Assembly: GCA_000934665.2 (NCBI GenBank) | Contig: KZ538210.1 | Span: 1 to 64,000 of the forward strand | Direction of reading: 5' to 3' | Length of the DNA: 64,000 nucleotides | Origin: Catajapyx aquilonaris | Lineage: Eukaryota | Shown: one piece after another, positions 26,762-39,800 of the stretch | Position numbering within the stretch: position 1 is the stretch's first letter | Layout of the letters: every line of letters begins with the position of its first letter | Made by a program: the position numbers and the translations under genes | The notes under the pieces: model-generated | Databases searched by the model: none | What the model saw: only the letters and a program-made list of their open reading frames with translations | Told to the model about the DNA's origin: nothing

Positions 26762-29333
26762 TAAGATTTAAATGCCTGTACATGTCGGTGTGAAAACTAC
26801 GTCATGATGGCGGAGGACTTTGTCACATGAAGAAGTTATGCTCAATTAGTTTTAAAACGGCAGGTTTTTACTTGCATGCCCACCTTTTTTTTCAAGGCTG
26901 ACTGCAGCCCTTGTTCTGTTAGGCATTCAATAATTGTTGTATAAAATGCCCCAGTGAAGTGATGTTGATGTATTATGGTTAGTGCCTGTGCGAATGCGGT
27001 ACTTTGTGCCAGCTTCGACAATAATAGTTTATAGGTGAATGCGAGATACCACGGAATGACGTGTTGTCACTAACCATGTGACTTTATCTTATTGACTTTA
27101 AATGAGCTCATGCTGTTTTGTCTGCCCAGATAGCCAGGTTTTAAAAATTAAATAGTAAATTACTTTTAAGAAAGACGAAGGTGCAATTGCAATATCCCAT
27201 TATTTGGAGTTTATGTGAATTTTTATGGATGGATCTTGACTGAACGTCACCTTGATCTTTGTGACCATTCGATTTATTTACGTTCACCTCTAGTGCTACC
27301 TTATTATAACTGAAGGGCAACACATCCACATTTGTGGGGTGGTTATTGGCTCAGTCATTTTGTAGAAGCAGAACCTGAAGTGTATTGAAAGTAATAATTG
27401 GTTTCCTGATGTGCCTGTGACCTTTTAGAAAATTTTATCCTCTTTTAAATAACCCATCTTTATTCATTCATTACTCTACTCAATATTCTTTCCACATTCA
27501 AATTATCTGCCCAACCTGGAGACTGAACACTGGACTTCAAATCAAATCCCCCATGCTCCCTACCAGAATAATGTACCCCCGCGAGCATAAAGATGGAGAC
27601 GGCAGGCCCTCTTTTGACCTTTCTTTATCCGACTCAAATTAAATGAACTCTTTTGGGACCGAGTTAGCTGCATCAGGCGTGTGTTCGTGTATTTATGACA
27701 GTATATTTGCTACCGTAATAGCTGCAATTGGCAGAGCAGCCTGCCAAAGGTGAGGGCCTGCCGTCTCTATCTTTATGCTCACGGGTGTACCGTACTTCAT
27801 GTGTGGCCTTTTTGAACACAATCCAATATTTCAGTTTTATTGTCACAGCGGAGCTACATCAGATGCAGGTGCCATTATTATCGTATATGAGAACTGATCC
27901 TGTTCAGGTTATTTGTGTTGAAAGGAGCTTTTCAGCCACACCATTAATTTTGTTGACATTACTGAAATTATTCATTATAATCAGTGTTTCCCAATATTGC
28001 TCTTGAGAAACTCAGATCATTAGTTGAAATATAATGACAAAGCTGCTGGTAGCCAATTTGGCAAGCGATGGTAAGAAGTACTGTGGCAGTATTAACCAAT
28101 ATGAAGTTTGATGTTCCTACATGCGGCATGAGTGCTGCATTTTTTGTAACTGATCAGTGTTGAACAAGCTCGTGGATAGTTTGGTTTTCTTTTAAACCAG
28201 TTACATTCTGGGTTATTAGACACAACATTTTAGCTGCTGTTGCATTTCACATCCATGATAAGTCATCATTTTAATTTTAGTCACAATAACTTGGATGCTT
28301 TCTTCATGTGACAGTCAAGAATAACCTTCAATTTGCTTCACGAACCATGCCTGTTCAGCTAGTGTACTATAGTACCAGCACGTCATGTCCTAGTAGGTCA
28401 TGAGTGTGGCTTATCTGGCTTTCTGCTTATCAGTCCCCAGTCCTGAACTGCCTGCAGGGGTAGATTGGATTATGTGGTACACTATTAGCAATGCCTGCAA
28501 TTTAGAGCAGGAATCTCTTCTCAGGTGACAAGACAACAAATTGTAGTGTAAATCAACAAATTGTTATTTTATTAGGGAAAAGTAAAACTCAGTTCTGAAT
28601 TAGGTGGTTTAAGATATCCCTACAAATTGTAAATGTTGCATTTTGAATTAGTTACAGATAGAAAATCATGTCATCCATCTTTACTTATTATGAGGTTTGT
28701 CTATATTGATGCAAATTAATTACACATATTATGTACTTGCATATGCCAAATTAGGATTTAAGCAAGTACTGGTATTAATTTGTACACAATAATTTTGCAT
28801 TTTGTCCAAAACTTATGGTGTGCATTAGCAAATGTTTTTGTCTGACTGTGAGTCCATGTATAATGTCACCATTCCAAAGTATTACACTGCAGGCCTTTTA
28901 TAGGAGAAATGTACTCACTGACAAACATAATGCAAGTACATTTTACTTATCTGTCTTTGACCTTTGAACTCAATGGTCATCAGAGATGTGATCGCACTGG
29001 TAGAGACTGGAACAATGAGTTCATGCCACAGTACACTGAGATGAGGTGGGTGAAGTAATCACACACAACCAGTTTAAAACAGCAAATAGCAGGCTTGAGC
29101 TAGAAGTTCTTGCTATCAGTAATTTGTGCGTGACTATCTCCGAGTCCTGCCCTCATTCCCCCCTCATGATCCTAGTCCCATCTCTCAAGATATTCAGTGA
29201 GTGACGTGTCTGTCAAGATGGAGTGCGGCTAAGCTGCACGTGCTGGATCTTGAATTTTAGTGTTCCTGGTTTTGTGTGGTTGGGTTTCAGTTGGATTTGT
29301 TGGTGTGCAAGATTTTATGAAAAGCGATCTGGT

Positions 29334-32300
29334 ATGTTGATGAACTCGATTAAGATTCTTGGGTTCATCCAGGATAAAGAGGAAAAAGGTATGGCTCCCT
29401 TTTTCGCAAATACATGATGCAAACACTGCATTAGGAATATGAACCAAAAATAATCTTGTGATAAATTTATACATATTGTACAGTTAATTACAAGTAGGAT
29501 GTTTTAACATGCTGTTTGTGTCCCTCTAGGAAGCACCATTCAGTATAACTACCTGAATGACCAACCCAACAAAACTCAGCTTTTGAATGAAGGCAGTGGG
29601 GATGAGTTGGTGTGTACTGGATACAGAACGAGTTGTGCCAAGGCTGTCCTCTTCCATTCTGTCTCCATTCTCCTCTTGGGCCTTCCATATCTCATCACAT
29701 ACTGGTACAAGACATGGGGACTTTTCCTGCAGTGCCGAAAATGCTACCTGGAAGAGGCACAGTATGTGCTGCTCAAGGTGAGAATAATTTAATTTAATTT
29801 AATAATTTTGTTAGCAAGCGCTAATTTATTTCTTGAACTCATAAACGGGGATTTTGCAGAACGCTCATGGGCAGCATTATGTGGAAAAGGTCATGACCGA
29901 ACCAGTGGGTCCAGCTTTCCCAGCTGAATTCAGCGTCTTGTCATCACATTGGGGGAAAGAACCATCTGATCGGACTCATTTATGCCAACCAAATCCCCGC
30001 CTCTTTTGCTATTTTCAACACCAGCACATCCGATACACTTGGAACACCAACTCTACATTGTTCCAGAGATTGGATGGTTATTGTGACAACATTGACAACA
30101 CATCTGTGCTGGAGAAAATCGCAGGAAATTCCCAGGAAGAACAGGCCAATTTGTGAGTCTCGCCTTGCTTGATTGCAGTCTGGCAGAAATCTAACTAAAC
30201 TGATGCCACAGATTGCGACTCTACGGGTACAACACCATCAACGTGGAGGTTAAGTCATACTTGAGGCTTTTCCTTGAGGAAGGACTGAACCCATTCTACT
30301 TTTTCCAAATCTTCAGTATTATATTCTGGACATTGGATGACTATGTGTATTATGCTGGCTGCATATTATTCATCTCTGTAGTTTCACTTGCTGCTACTGT
30401 TTGGGAAGTTCGGAAGGTATGTATGCTGACAAATCCTATTGCTGTTCTTCTGTTTAAGAGCTAATAATAAATTCCTTACAACAAAAGTAAATATGCTTGT
30501 ATTTTAAATGTATTATTATCAAAAGCTTAACCTGCAACAAAATGTAAATGATGCCATTTTATTTACTTATGCTGAAACCTCAAAAATAGGTGTAAAAGTA
30601 ATGCAATCCCCCAGTGTGGAAAGTCACTGCAATTTTCTTTTTTTACTGACCTGATCTTGAACTCTTGCAGCAAAGCAAAACCCTTCACAACATGGTGACA
30701 TCGTCTGACACCCTTCTCATTAGAGTTTTCTGGAGCACTGGAAGTGAGTATTTTCATCTTTGAATGTCAAGGACATAGTTAACCTATTTTTTCCCCCCAA
30801 ACTCAGCAAGTGAAAATGTTCCTGTGAGCAACCTTGTACCAGGTGATGTGATTGAGATCCCTTCCAATGGATGCACGATGCCCTGTGATGCTGCTCTGAT
30901 ATCTGGCAGCTGCATTGTAAATGAAAGCATGTTGACTGGTGAGAGTGTTCCTGTGACCAAAACTCCACTGCCACCAGGAGATGAAATTTATTCTGCTGAT
31001 AAGCAAAAGAGGCACACATTGTTTGCAGGGACACAAATCTTGCAGACACGATTCTATAAGCAGGACAAGGTATTACTTTTTGTACTGATTACTTTTCTGT
31101 TGTGTATGCCAGACATAGTTTGGCCTGTCAAATTTATGCTTTTGTAAGCCACCAAAGCGGAATTTAAAAAAAATAAATTTATATATCATCTTTACTTAGA
31201 GGGGTGTCTGGAACATGTGCTAATCACTTGTAATTTTTTCCATAATATTGGCTAGAGGAACACCCTTTTCAATAGGTTAAAATGTTATTCAACGAGTGTC
31301 AAAAAATTTGCTTGGCTCCCACCCATACTTTGTTGGCTGAAATAGGCTTAATATTTTTGTTATTTGTGCAGGTGCAAGCTGTTGTGGTGCGGACAGGCTT
31401 TAGCACTTCTAAAGGAGAGCTAGTTCGCTCAATCCTCTTCCCCAAGCCAATGGGATTCAAGTTCTACAAGGACTCGCTCTATTTCATCCTGTTCCTCTTC
31501 TGCATTGCTGCTATGGGAATGGTCTTCTGTGTCTTCTTGTACGTGAAGCGTGAGGCAGAACTCTCTGTGATCATCCTCCGCACCTTGGACATAGTGACCA
31601 TTGTTGTCCCACCGGCCCTTCCAGCAGCCATGACAGTTGGAATTGTATATGCACAAAATCGCCTTAAAAAGAAAGGAATTTTCTGTATCTCACCACCAAG
31701 AATCAATATGTGCGGGAAGGTGAAACTGGTTTGCTTTGACAAGACAGGCACATTGACTGAGGAAGGGTTGGACTTATGGATTGTAGTGCCAGCTGAAGGG
31801 GGCAGTTTTGGACATGAAGAACAGTGTGCTATTGCTCTCCCTATGAAATCAAAGCTTGTGGCTGGAATGGCAGCATGTCACTCACTCACTCACATAGATG
31901 GACGCCTCACTGGTGATCCACTGGATTTGAAGATGTTTGAAGCTACTGGTTGGATTTTGGAAGAGCCAGGGAGCGAGTCGACCAATTTTGATGTTATGGC
32001 TCCCCCCATTGTGAAGCCTGTGTCTAGAATGAATTCTGCAGACTTGCTTGGTTTAGATGGAACAGATCCCGATGCAGTGCCTTATGAGATTGGGCTACTG
32101 AAACAATTCCCATTCACTTCTGCTGCTCAGAGAATGTCTGTAGTGGTGAGATCACTCGGATGTAAAAGGATGGAACTCTACTGCAAAGGAGCACCTGAGA
32201 AAATTCAATCACTCTGCAGAGAAGAAACAGGTTGGTAAATGATTTTTTTTAAATGAGTCATTTTAAATGGTATCCAAAAACATTTGAGTTGCAGGTGGTT

Positions 32301-33095
32301 TAAATTTTTTGATTGGCATTTGTGACAAACTATTCGTTTTTCCACGTTAATTTTTTTATTATTAAAGTGATTTGTAAATCAAGAGATAAAAATTGTGATA
32401 CCACCAGTAAGTAGCTATTAATTTCATTGTTGCAATGTGTGCTTTGTAAACCCTCTGGGTTAGGTACATTTCTGGTGTGTTTTGAATTTTAAGTTGTAAC
32501 AAGACAAAAGGTTCGATTCTCACTGCATTGATCTGCAGTTCCAGCCAACTTCAGCGAAGTACTAGTCAATTACACAAGAGAAGGATTTCGAGTGATTGCC
32601 ATGGCACACAAAGTTCTAGGACCAAAGCTCACCTGGCATCATGTACAAAGAGCCAAACGAGAACAGGTCAGGATCATGAAGCAATATTGTTTCCCAATTT
32701 TACCGGCCTGACTTGTTGGTACTTGTGATGTGATTATAAAATTTTCCTTTACTAGATGGAGTGTGACATGGATTTTGTGGGACTGTTGGTGATGCAGAAC
32801 AAACTGAAGGATGAGACCACACCAGTAATTCAAGAACTCGCTTACGCCAACATTCGTACTGTGATGGTCACTGGTGACAATATCCTGACTGCCGTCAGTG
32901 TTGCCAGGGAGTGTGGAATGATCCCCATATCAGACAGAGTTATTATTGTCACAGCTCATTCTCCAGAGGCATTCAGGCCTGCCCGGGTCAAATATGAGAG
33001 TGCCGAGAATCCAACAGAGTGTAAATGGAATAATGTGAGTACTCGTACCATTCTGTACCATGATAAGTTTTCGGATTTCCACCACCAGCATCTAT

Positions 33096-33134
<39 letters not shown>

Positions 33135-35661
33135 TTACCATGTAGTCCTGGTGGCAGTGTATCTCAAATATTTTTATCACATTAAAGTGACTTTTTACTA
33201 AGGGCAAGTGAAATGTGATTCCTGCTTTTTTTTCTTTTGAATACAGTCAAGTGAAGTCTCGGTGAACATGCCGTCATCTAAATTGGACTACCATTTTGCA
33301 CTGAACGGGAAAACATGGTCAGTTTTACATCGTCACTTCCCAGATCTGCTTCCCAAGATCATCACCCGGGGTACAGTGTTTGCTAGGATGGCACCTGATC
33401 AAAAGGCTCAATTGGTTGAGAGTCTACAGGAACTAGGATACATTGTCGGCATGTGTGGAGATGGAGCCAATGATTGTGGGGTATGCATTACTAATGTTGG
33501 AAGTTTTAGTAAGCGTGGTTTAAGGCAGTTAATTGCGATTAGTTCGTGAAAAATAAAGGAAAGATTAATGCCAAAATATGACAGTCCTTGGAGAGATAAA
33601 ACTATACTTTTCTGAAATTTCTGCTACAATGGATTGAAATTGCTCAAAAAGTTAAGTAGTAATGAAGTTTATGGGGATACTCTAGTGCCACTGCAAAGAG
33701 TTTTTTTTAGTGCCACTGCAAATGCTGTTTAGTGCCACTGCAAATGCTGTTTAGTGCCACTGCAAATAGTTTGGGGTTTAAGGACCTACATGGTCTGGAA
33801 TAACCCCGTTAATATCTGACTAGTGCCACTGCAAATGCTCATTGTCATGATGAGGCAGGAGCATTAAAAATTGTGTATAATTCTTTTACACCTCAGAATT
33901 GCATATCTGCAGAACTTCTGCGTTTATTGAAGGGTTGAAACATATTTAATTTCTTTCCTCAGGCATTAAAAGCAGCCCACGTGGGCATATCACTGTCTGA
34001 AGCAGAGGCTTCTGTTGCTGCTCCATTCACTTCCAAAGTGCCAAATATCAGCTGTGTCCCAGATGCAATTCGTGAAGGACGTTGTGCATTGGTCACCAGC
34101 TTTTCTGTGTTCAAGTATATGGCTCTCTACAGCATGGTTCAGTTTATGTCTGTCCTCATCTTATACACAGTAAGCATTCAAACCATGATATTTGCATGTT
34201 CATAAAGTATGGGTTGGACAAAAAAATTAAAACTTGACTGATGTTTTTTTTAAATGCAACTTTTTCCCCAGAAATATTCCAACTTTGGTGATGGAGAATT
34301 CCTGTACCAAGACTTGTTTGTGATAACAACTCTTGCTGTAGTAATGGGAAAGACCCATGCCTATGACATACTGGTACCAAAAAGGCCAATGGGCAGCCTT
34401 ATCTCTTTTCCCAACATTGTGTCAATATTAGTGCAGATAATCATTGCACTTGGCTTCCAAAGCGGGACGCTCTTCTACCTAATGTCACAGAAATGGTATG
34501 TGTTAATCATGAAGTAAAATAATTTTAATATGAAATGATATAGCCTTGTATTGCTTCCTGAACTAAATTATATGACAAGTTTTTCAAGAAAAGTACAAGA
34601 TCTGTGAAATGCCATTCTTAATACCATTTAAGGAAACATTGTAATTAGACTTACTGAGAAATTAATTTTTCAGGTACCACCGTGTTCCATATGTAGGCCA
34701 GATTGAACCAGATGTTTTCTGCTGGGAAAACACTATCATATTCTCAGTTAGCACATTTCAATATTTGATTCTGGCCTTTGCATTTTCTGCTGGAAAACCT
34801 TACAGGAAGCCATTCTACACAAATGGTGAGTTCCATCGCCTCTTGTGTTAGTTCAGTGAATGAATTTCATGAAATAAATTTACACTGTATATTTTTATAC
34901 TATGAATAATCATGTTTTATTTTCAGTTCTATTCCTGATAACGTTGTTAGTTCTGACTGCCTTCACCGCTCTATTGGCAATTCATCCAGGGGCCTTTTTA
35001 GCAAAAGTGCTTGAAATCAAAGTGTACCCTGCCGAGACTGAGATGTTCGTCCTGACTGTAATGATGCTTGTGGCTATGAATTTTGTATTGTCCACTGCAT
35101 TTGAGGTAAGTCATAAGTTGTTAGAATATTAAAATAATATGCTCTTGCATGTAGTTGTAATGAGCTCCCAAAATTCTTATTCAGAATGTGAATGCTCTAA
35201 CAAAATTTACAATATTTTGAAATAGTTTTAATTTGATACCCCGCACATGGGGTTTTATACAGCTACCTCAAGACATATGGAGTACTTGGTGTTTTGCCTA
35301 ATATTGTGCATACATGGTTCCAGTGTTAAAGTAGCCTATATGCATTTAGTACATCGTGAAAGTTAATTTTAGGCCCAAATGTCAAATTGTTGTGATCTCT
35401 AATCATTCAAATATATTCATTCAATATTAACGTCAGTTATCTTGTGTTGGGGGTTTGACATTCTTCTCTCCCAGGCATTTCAAACACATCTCCATATTGC
35501 AGGACTTTATAGTAAACAGCAAGTGGCTCAAGTCATTGTCACACACGATAATGAGGAAGAGGCAGCCCAAGAACCCATACAAGCAGATGGAGAAATTGCT
35601 GCTGAGCCAAAATTCCTGGCCTCATGTTGAGCCAGTGGAACATGCACCAGGAATTAGCTGA
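29334..35661 (+). CDS. P5B-type ATPase (ATP13A2/ATP13A3-like polyamine transporter), about 1185 aa; first coding exon tentative
   Basis: Exons 29334-29388, 29530-29777, 29860-30152, 30212-30416, 30671-30743, 30807-31069, 31372-32230, 32539-32666, 32756-33034, 33247-33480, 33963-34169, 34272-34495, 34674-34825, 34927-35105 and 35503-35661 (3558 nt, in frame). Motifs TGES, PPALP (P5B-diagnostic), DKTGTLT, KGAPE, TGDN and GDGAND are present. Confidence 0.95.
33092..33135. repeat. (TTTA)n microsatellite in an ATPase intron
   Basis: Seen directly; it produces the spurious LFIYLFIY tail of ORF 32756-33145. Confidence 0.9.
33683..33838. repeat. Repeats of TAGTGCCACTGCAAA (5 copies, partly tandem with 22-25 bp spacing)
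   Basis: Copies start near 33683, 33708, 33730, 33752 and 33821. Confidence 0.85.
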
Positions 35662-36696
35662 CGCCTCCCTAAGCTCCACTCGCGTGTGGTGGGGACATGG
35701 AAATGCAAATTTTCCCATCCTGGAATTTGTGGATTCAAAGACTACATTAGCTTGCTATTTGTGTAGTTGCTCTGCAAATTTCTAGGATGGGAAATGAAAA
35801 TGATTAACTGACCAGCCCTTATGATTTTCTAACGGCGATGTTTTGTAACAAAGACTCCAGAGCGAGTTTATCTGATTCTTTATGTGCAGTATACCAAGTG
35901 CACGGGTTTCCACTATCTACCTGCTAAGCATTGTATAATTTATTGTTAGAACTAGTCTATGATGTGTGAGTAATAGAAGGGTGCCTTTACAAGATCTGCA
36001 ACTGATGTGAAGTGGGGCAAGGTCATAGCACCTTTTGTCTGAATTCAAGGCTGTCTGGAAGAGAAAAAAAAAAGTCACTGTACAGACTTGTGTGCTGGAG
36101 GAAGTTCACAAGATACATTTCTGTGACAGGTATATTTTAATATCTATTAAAAATCCAGACTTTTCCAGCCGTGAACATTGAAAGGTCGTCTATCAAAAAA
36201 GTGTGTGACCCTGCCTAACTTCACCTACCTGTTAGTGTTATATTTGTTGCATGGTATTTAAAGCAAATTATCTGTGCATATAACCTTTTTTATATACTTT
36301 TAAAAGTTCCACTCTACAGGGTACACCAGAAGTACTAATTCATCCCATGTAAACTTTTGAGCAAGTACTTTTTGGGCCGTAATAGAAGTGGACCGCTGTG
36401 TTGTCCAACTTAATTTCGTAATATTTTGCGACACTGATTCAGAAATGACGAGATGACAAGTCTTACCCATCTTGTACTGCAAGCTGTTTGATACCACACA
36501 AATACTGTAATACTGTGCAGCAAGGTTGAAGACTTGTTCACATTTCAAAGGGTTACGTACCGTATATTATGTGTGAAATGTGTGTATACTATGCAGGTGT
36601 ACAGCGAATTAAAGTCGTTCTTAATTAGCTCATGTACTTATTGTACTTTTATCCTATTTCTCCCCTCTGGAAAAACTAGTTCAATCTTAATTTCAA

Positions 36697-36818
36697 GTTC
36701 CCGCCATACTTTTCCATATGGCACGATTCAGCTATTTTAAAATAACGGCTACTTTGTGATCACGCTTAATTTAAAAAAACAGTTATGAGCGTGTGGAAGC
36801 AGCAGCTGTGCTACATCC
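36697..36818 (+). promoter_or_regulatory. Promoter of the THAP/transposase-derived gene; a diverged copy of the gamma-tubulin promoter
   Basis: Four colinear exact blocks shared with 41321-41477: GTTCCCGCCA, AATAACGGCTACTT, AAAAAAACAGTTATGA and GCTGTGCTACATCC. Confidence 0.7.
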
Positions 36819-36897
36819 AGCCCGACACTCTCACAAGATGCAAGAAGTGCGAAGATCTTCGGCGAATCGAACATAATAAGTTGAAGCAAAGGAGACG

Positions 36898-39800
36898 ATG
36901 GGGAAGAACTTTTGTTCGTTGTGCAGGGGGAACGTAGAAGCCTCTTTGTTCAGCTTGCCGAACGATCCAGTGAAACGTCAGCTGTGGCTGGATGTTCTGC
37001 CCAGGAACAACGACATGCTGTTGAAGGCAGGGCGTCGCAGGCTGTGTGCGATACATTTCCGAGAGGAGGACATCCAGAGGGTAAAGATTGTGCGGAATAA
37101 GGCTGGGGCGGTTGTGGCTGAGGTTGGAGGCATCAAGCCTAGGCTTAAAGATGGTGCTCTGCCCCGGCTGTGGCTGGAGGGTCGTAAGCCGAAGGCACAG
37201 CTACGACGGCCCACTGCCTCACCTGCCAAGAAGAAGACGAAGAAGAGGCCACCCAAGAGCAGCCAAGAGCCTGGCGATAATACAGGCTCACCTGCCAAGA
37301 AGAAGCGGAAGCCACGTAACAGCAGCCAAGAGCCTGGCAATAGTACAGGCCCACCCGCGGCCAAGAGGAAGAGGAAGCCACGCAACAGCAGCCAAGAGCC
37401 TGGCACTGGATCACCTGCCAAGAAGAAGAGGAAGCGAAGAAAGGGTGCATCAACAGCAGAAGGCCAGGTCGAGGACCCTAACGATACTGAGGAATTGGCG
37501 TTGCAATATCGTACATCAGACTGTGAAGAACTGTGGGATGACGACTTCGGCCAAGCTGCCAGCCCTTCGCAAGACTATTCCGGCCTGGGAGAGGAAGTGG
37601 CAGATGCGACATCAAAATGGGCATTGGAAGACTTCGAGACATTAAAGGACCTCTACACAAACCCTAAAGCTATTAAACTACCGCCCTTCTGGAACCGCAT
37701 AGTTCCATTGAGAGGACCTGTGATGGTGTGCTTTTCTCTGTTGGAAAGTGAAAGAGACGGGATTAATCAAGTAGTGCCTGTTTTCCATAAGAACTTGTCT
37801 GTTGATGAAAATGGAATAATTACTTGCAGTGTCTTGGGTATGCCACTAGACATAGAAATGTTCCAATTACCCCCCGTTGGGCTTAAAACATTGAAGCACT
37901 TAGAAGACTTAATACTGGAATTCGATAGAGCCAAAGTATGTGAAGGTAGTTTGTTGCGTGCAGATCCTAACCACCAGAATCTTTCTGAAGCAGCAGTTGT
38001 GGACTTTCGTGGGTATGTACGGCATAGAAACTGTGACCTGCTTGTAGATCGTGATGGAAAGTGTAGGAGCTGCAAAATGGTAAGGAGGACACAGCTTGCA
38101 ATGAATTTGCGGCACGAAAGGGCTGCTCAGCCACTTCCTGAAGGATCTCGTATCATACGAAGAAGGAGGAGGAGGAGGAGGCAAATGCCGATACAGTGGC
38201 CATTACAGCCGCTTAAGAAACCTACGTGCACCAAGCTACCAGCACAAATAAAGAAAGGGAGAGGCTTAGGGAAAGGTGTGGTAGGAGACCTGCTGGAAGA
38301 AGTTTGCGAAATGCAACTGCAGATGGCCAGTATGAATGCCAAGTCTGTAGAAGATATGCTTGCCCAGTTGCCATCCCATCAACAAACCATAGTCACAGAA
38401 ATTGTAGCAGCTTCAAAGGTTGGATCTGCTGATGGGAGGAAGTACGCAGAAGACTGGATTCTACTTTGTCTTCTGCTGCGTATCAGATCTCCTGCCTCAT
38501 ACGTCTCCCTGCGAGAGAACCACAGTCTACCCTTGCCTTACCCGGGGACCATTCGCAGATATTTGGATATGATCAATGCTCCTTGCGGTTTCGACCCTTA
38601 TTTTTTCGGCATGTTCATGAGATACCTGAAGCAAAAACCAGACATCGAGAGGCATGGAGTTATCCTTTTTGAAGTAATGTCTGTTCGTAAAAGTCTGTCT
38701 GTGTGGTCCAAATCATTAACATACCAGGCGCTCATAGATTTTGGTGAGGAGAACATTCAGGAACCAATCATGGAGGAAAGGGCCACACATGCCCTTGTGC
38801 TAATGTTTCAGCCCCTTGCAGCGCAATATACACAGGTCATGGGCGTGTTTGCCTCCAAAGGATCAGTGAAATGGATTACCTTGGCCCAAATCATAATCAA
38901 GGCCATATTTTCCCTGGAAAAATGTGGAGCGAAAATTCATGGACTTGTATCTGATGGAGCCCAAAGAAACAGCGAGTTGTGGTCTGTGCTTGGAATCAGC
39001 GGTGAGCTCCGACACCTTGAACTCGATGAATGGAATAACTCATTTCAGCATCCTGTGCATCCAGAGAGACGCATTTTCGTGTTTCATGACACTCCACAAC
39101 TGGTGAAGGCTGTGAGAGACCGTCTTTGTCAGGAACAAGAACTTGTGGTAAGTTATTCCTGAATGCAATGTCCTTTACTGTGGCCCTTGCGCACTGATCT
39201 TATAATTCATAATTGAAATGTAGGTTCATCCCAATGCAACTCCTGCAAAATGGCAGCACTTCGTCACTCTCCATGAACAGGACCTATTGCTTCCTGATGA
39301 GCTGCGAGTGTGTCCCAAAATAACATCGAATCATTTGGTCCTCAGCAGCAGCACAAAAAAGAGAGTTAGTCTTGCCATACAGGTGAGTGAACGGTATGAT
39401 GCGAGTCATGTGGTGGCCCTGGGAATTTCATATGACATGTTATTCTATATTTACTAACTTTCATCGCAGATATTCAGCAAATCCGTTGCTGATGGACTTG
39501 AACATTATGCAGGCCACGGAGTGAGCCGTCTGGATGACTGTCAGGGGACAGTTAGCCTTTGCCGGGTATTGAATGCTGCTTTTGATGCACTTAACCGGAA
39601 AGTACCACACGAAGGAGTTGCTCCAGGCAGCGAGGATTACACGGTTTGTGGTTTTGAATTTTCCCCCCTAATGCAACGTAATCATTGCTGCACTTCATAA
39701 CATACAGTGTAGTACATGTCTGACAATCTATCTTGACTACAGGTATTGCAAACTACTCTACAATGGCTCAATAACTGGGAGAAGGGACTCCAGGAAGGCC

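Noticed and set aside
36978..38342. Antisense and alternate-frame ORFs over the THAP exon
   Set aside because: Shadow ORFs of a GC-rich, repetitive coding exon.
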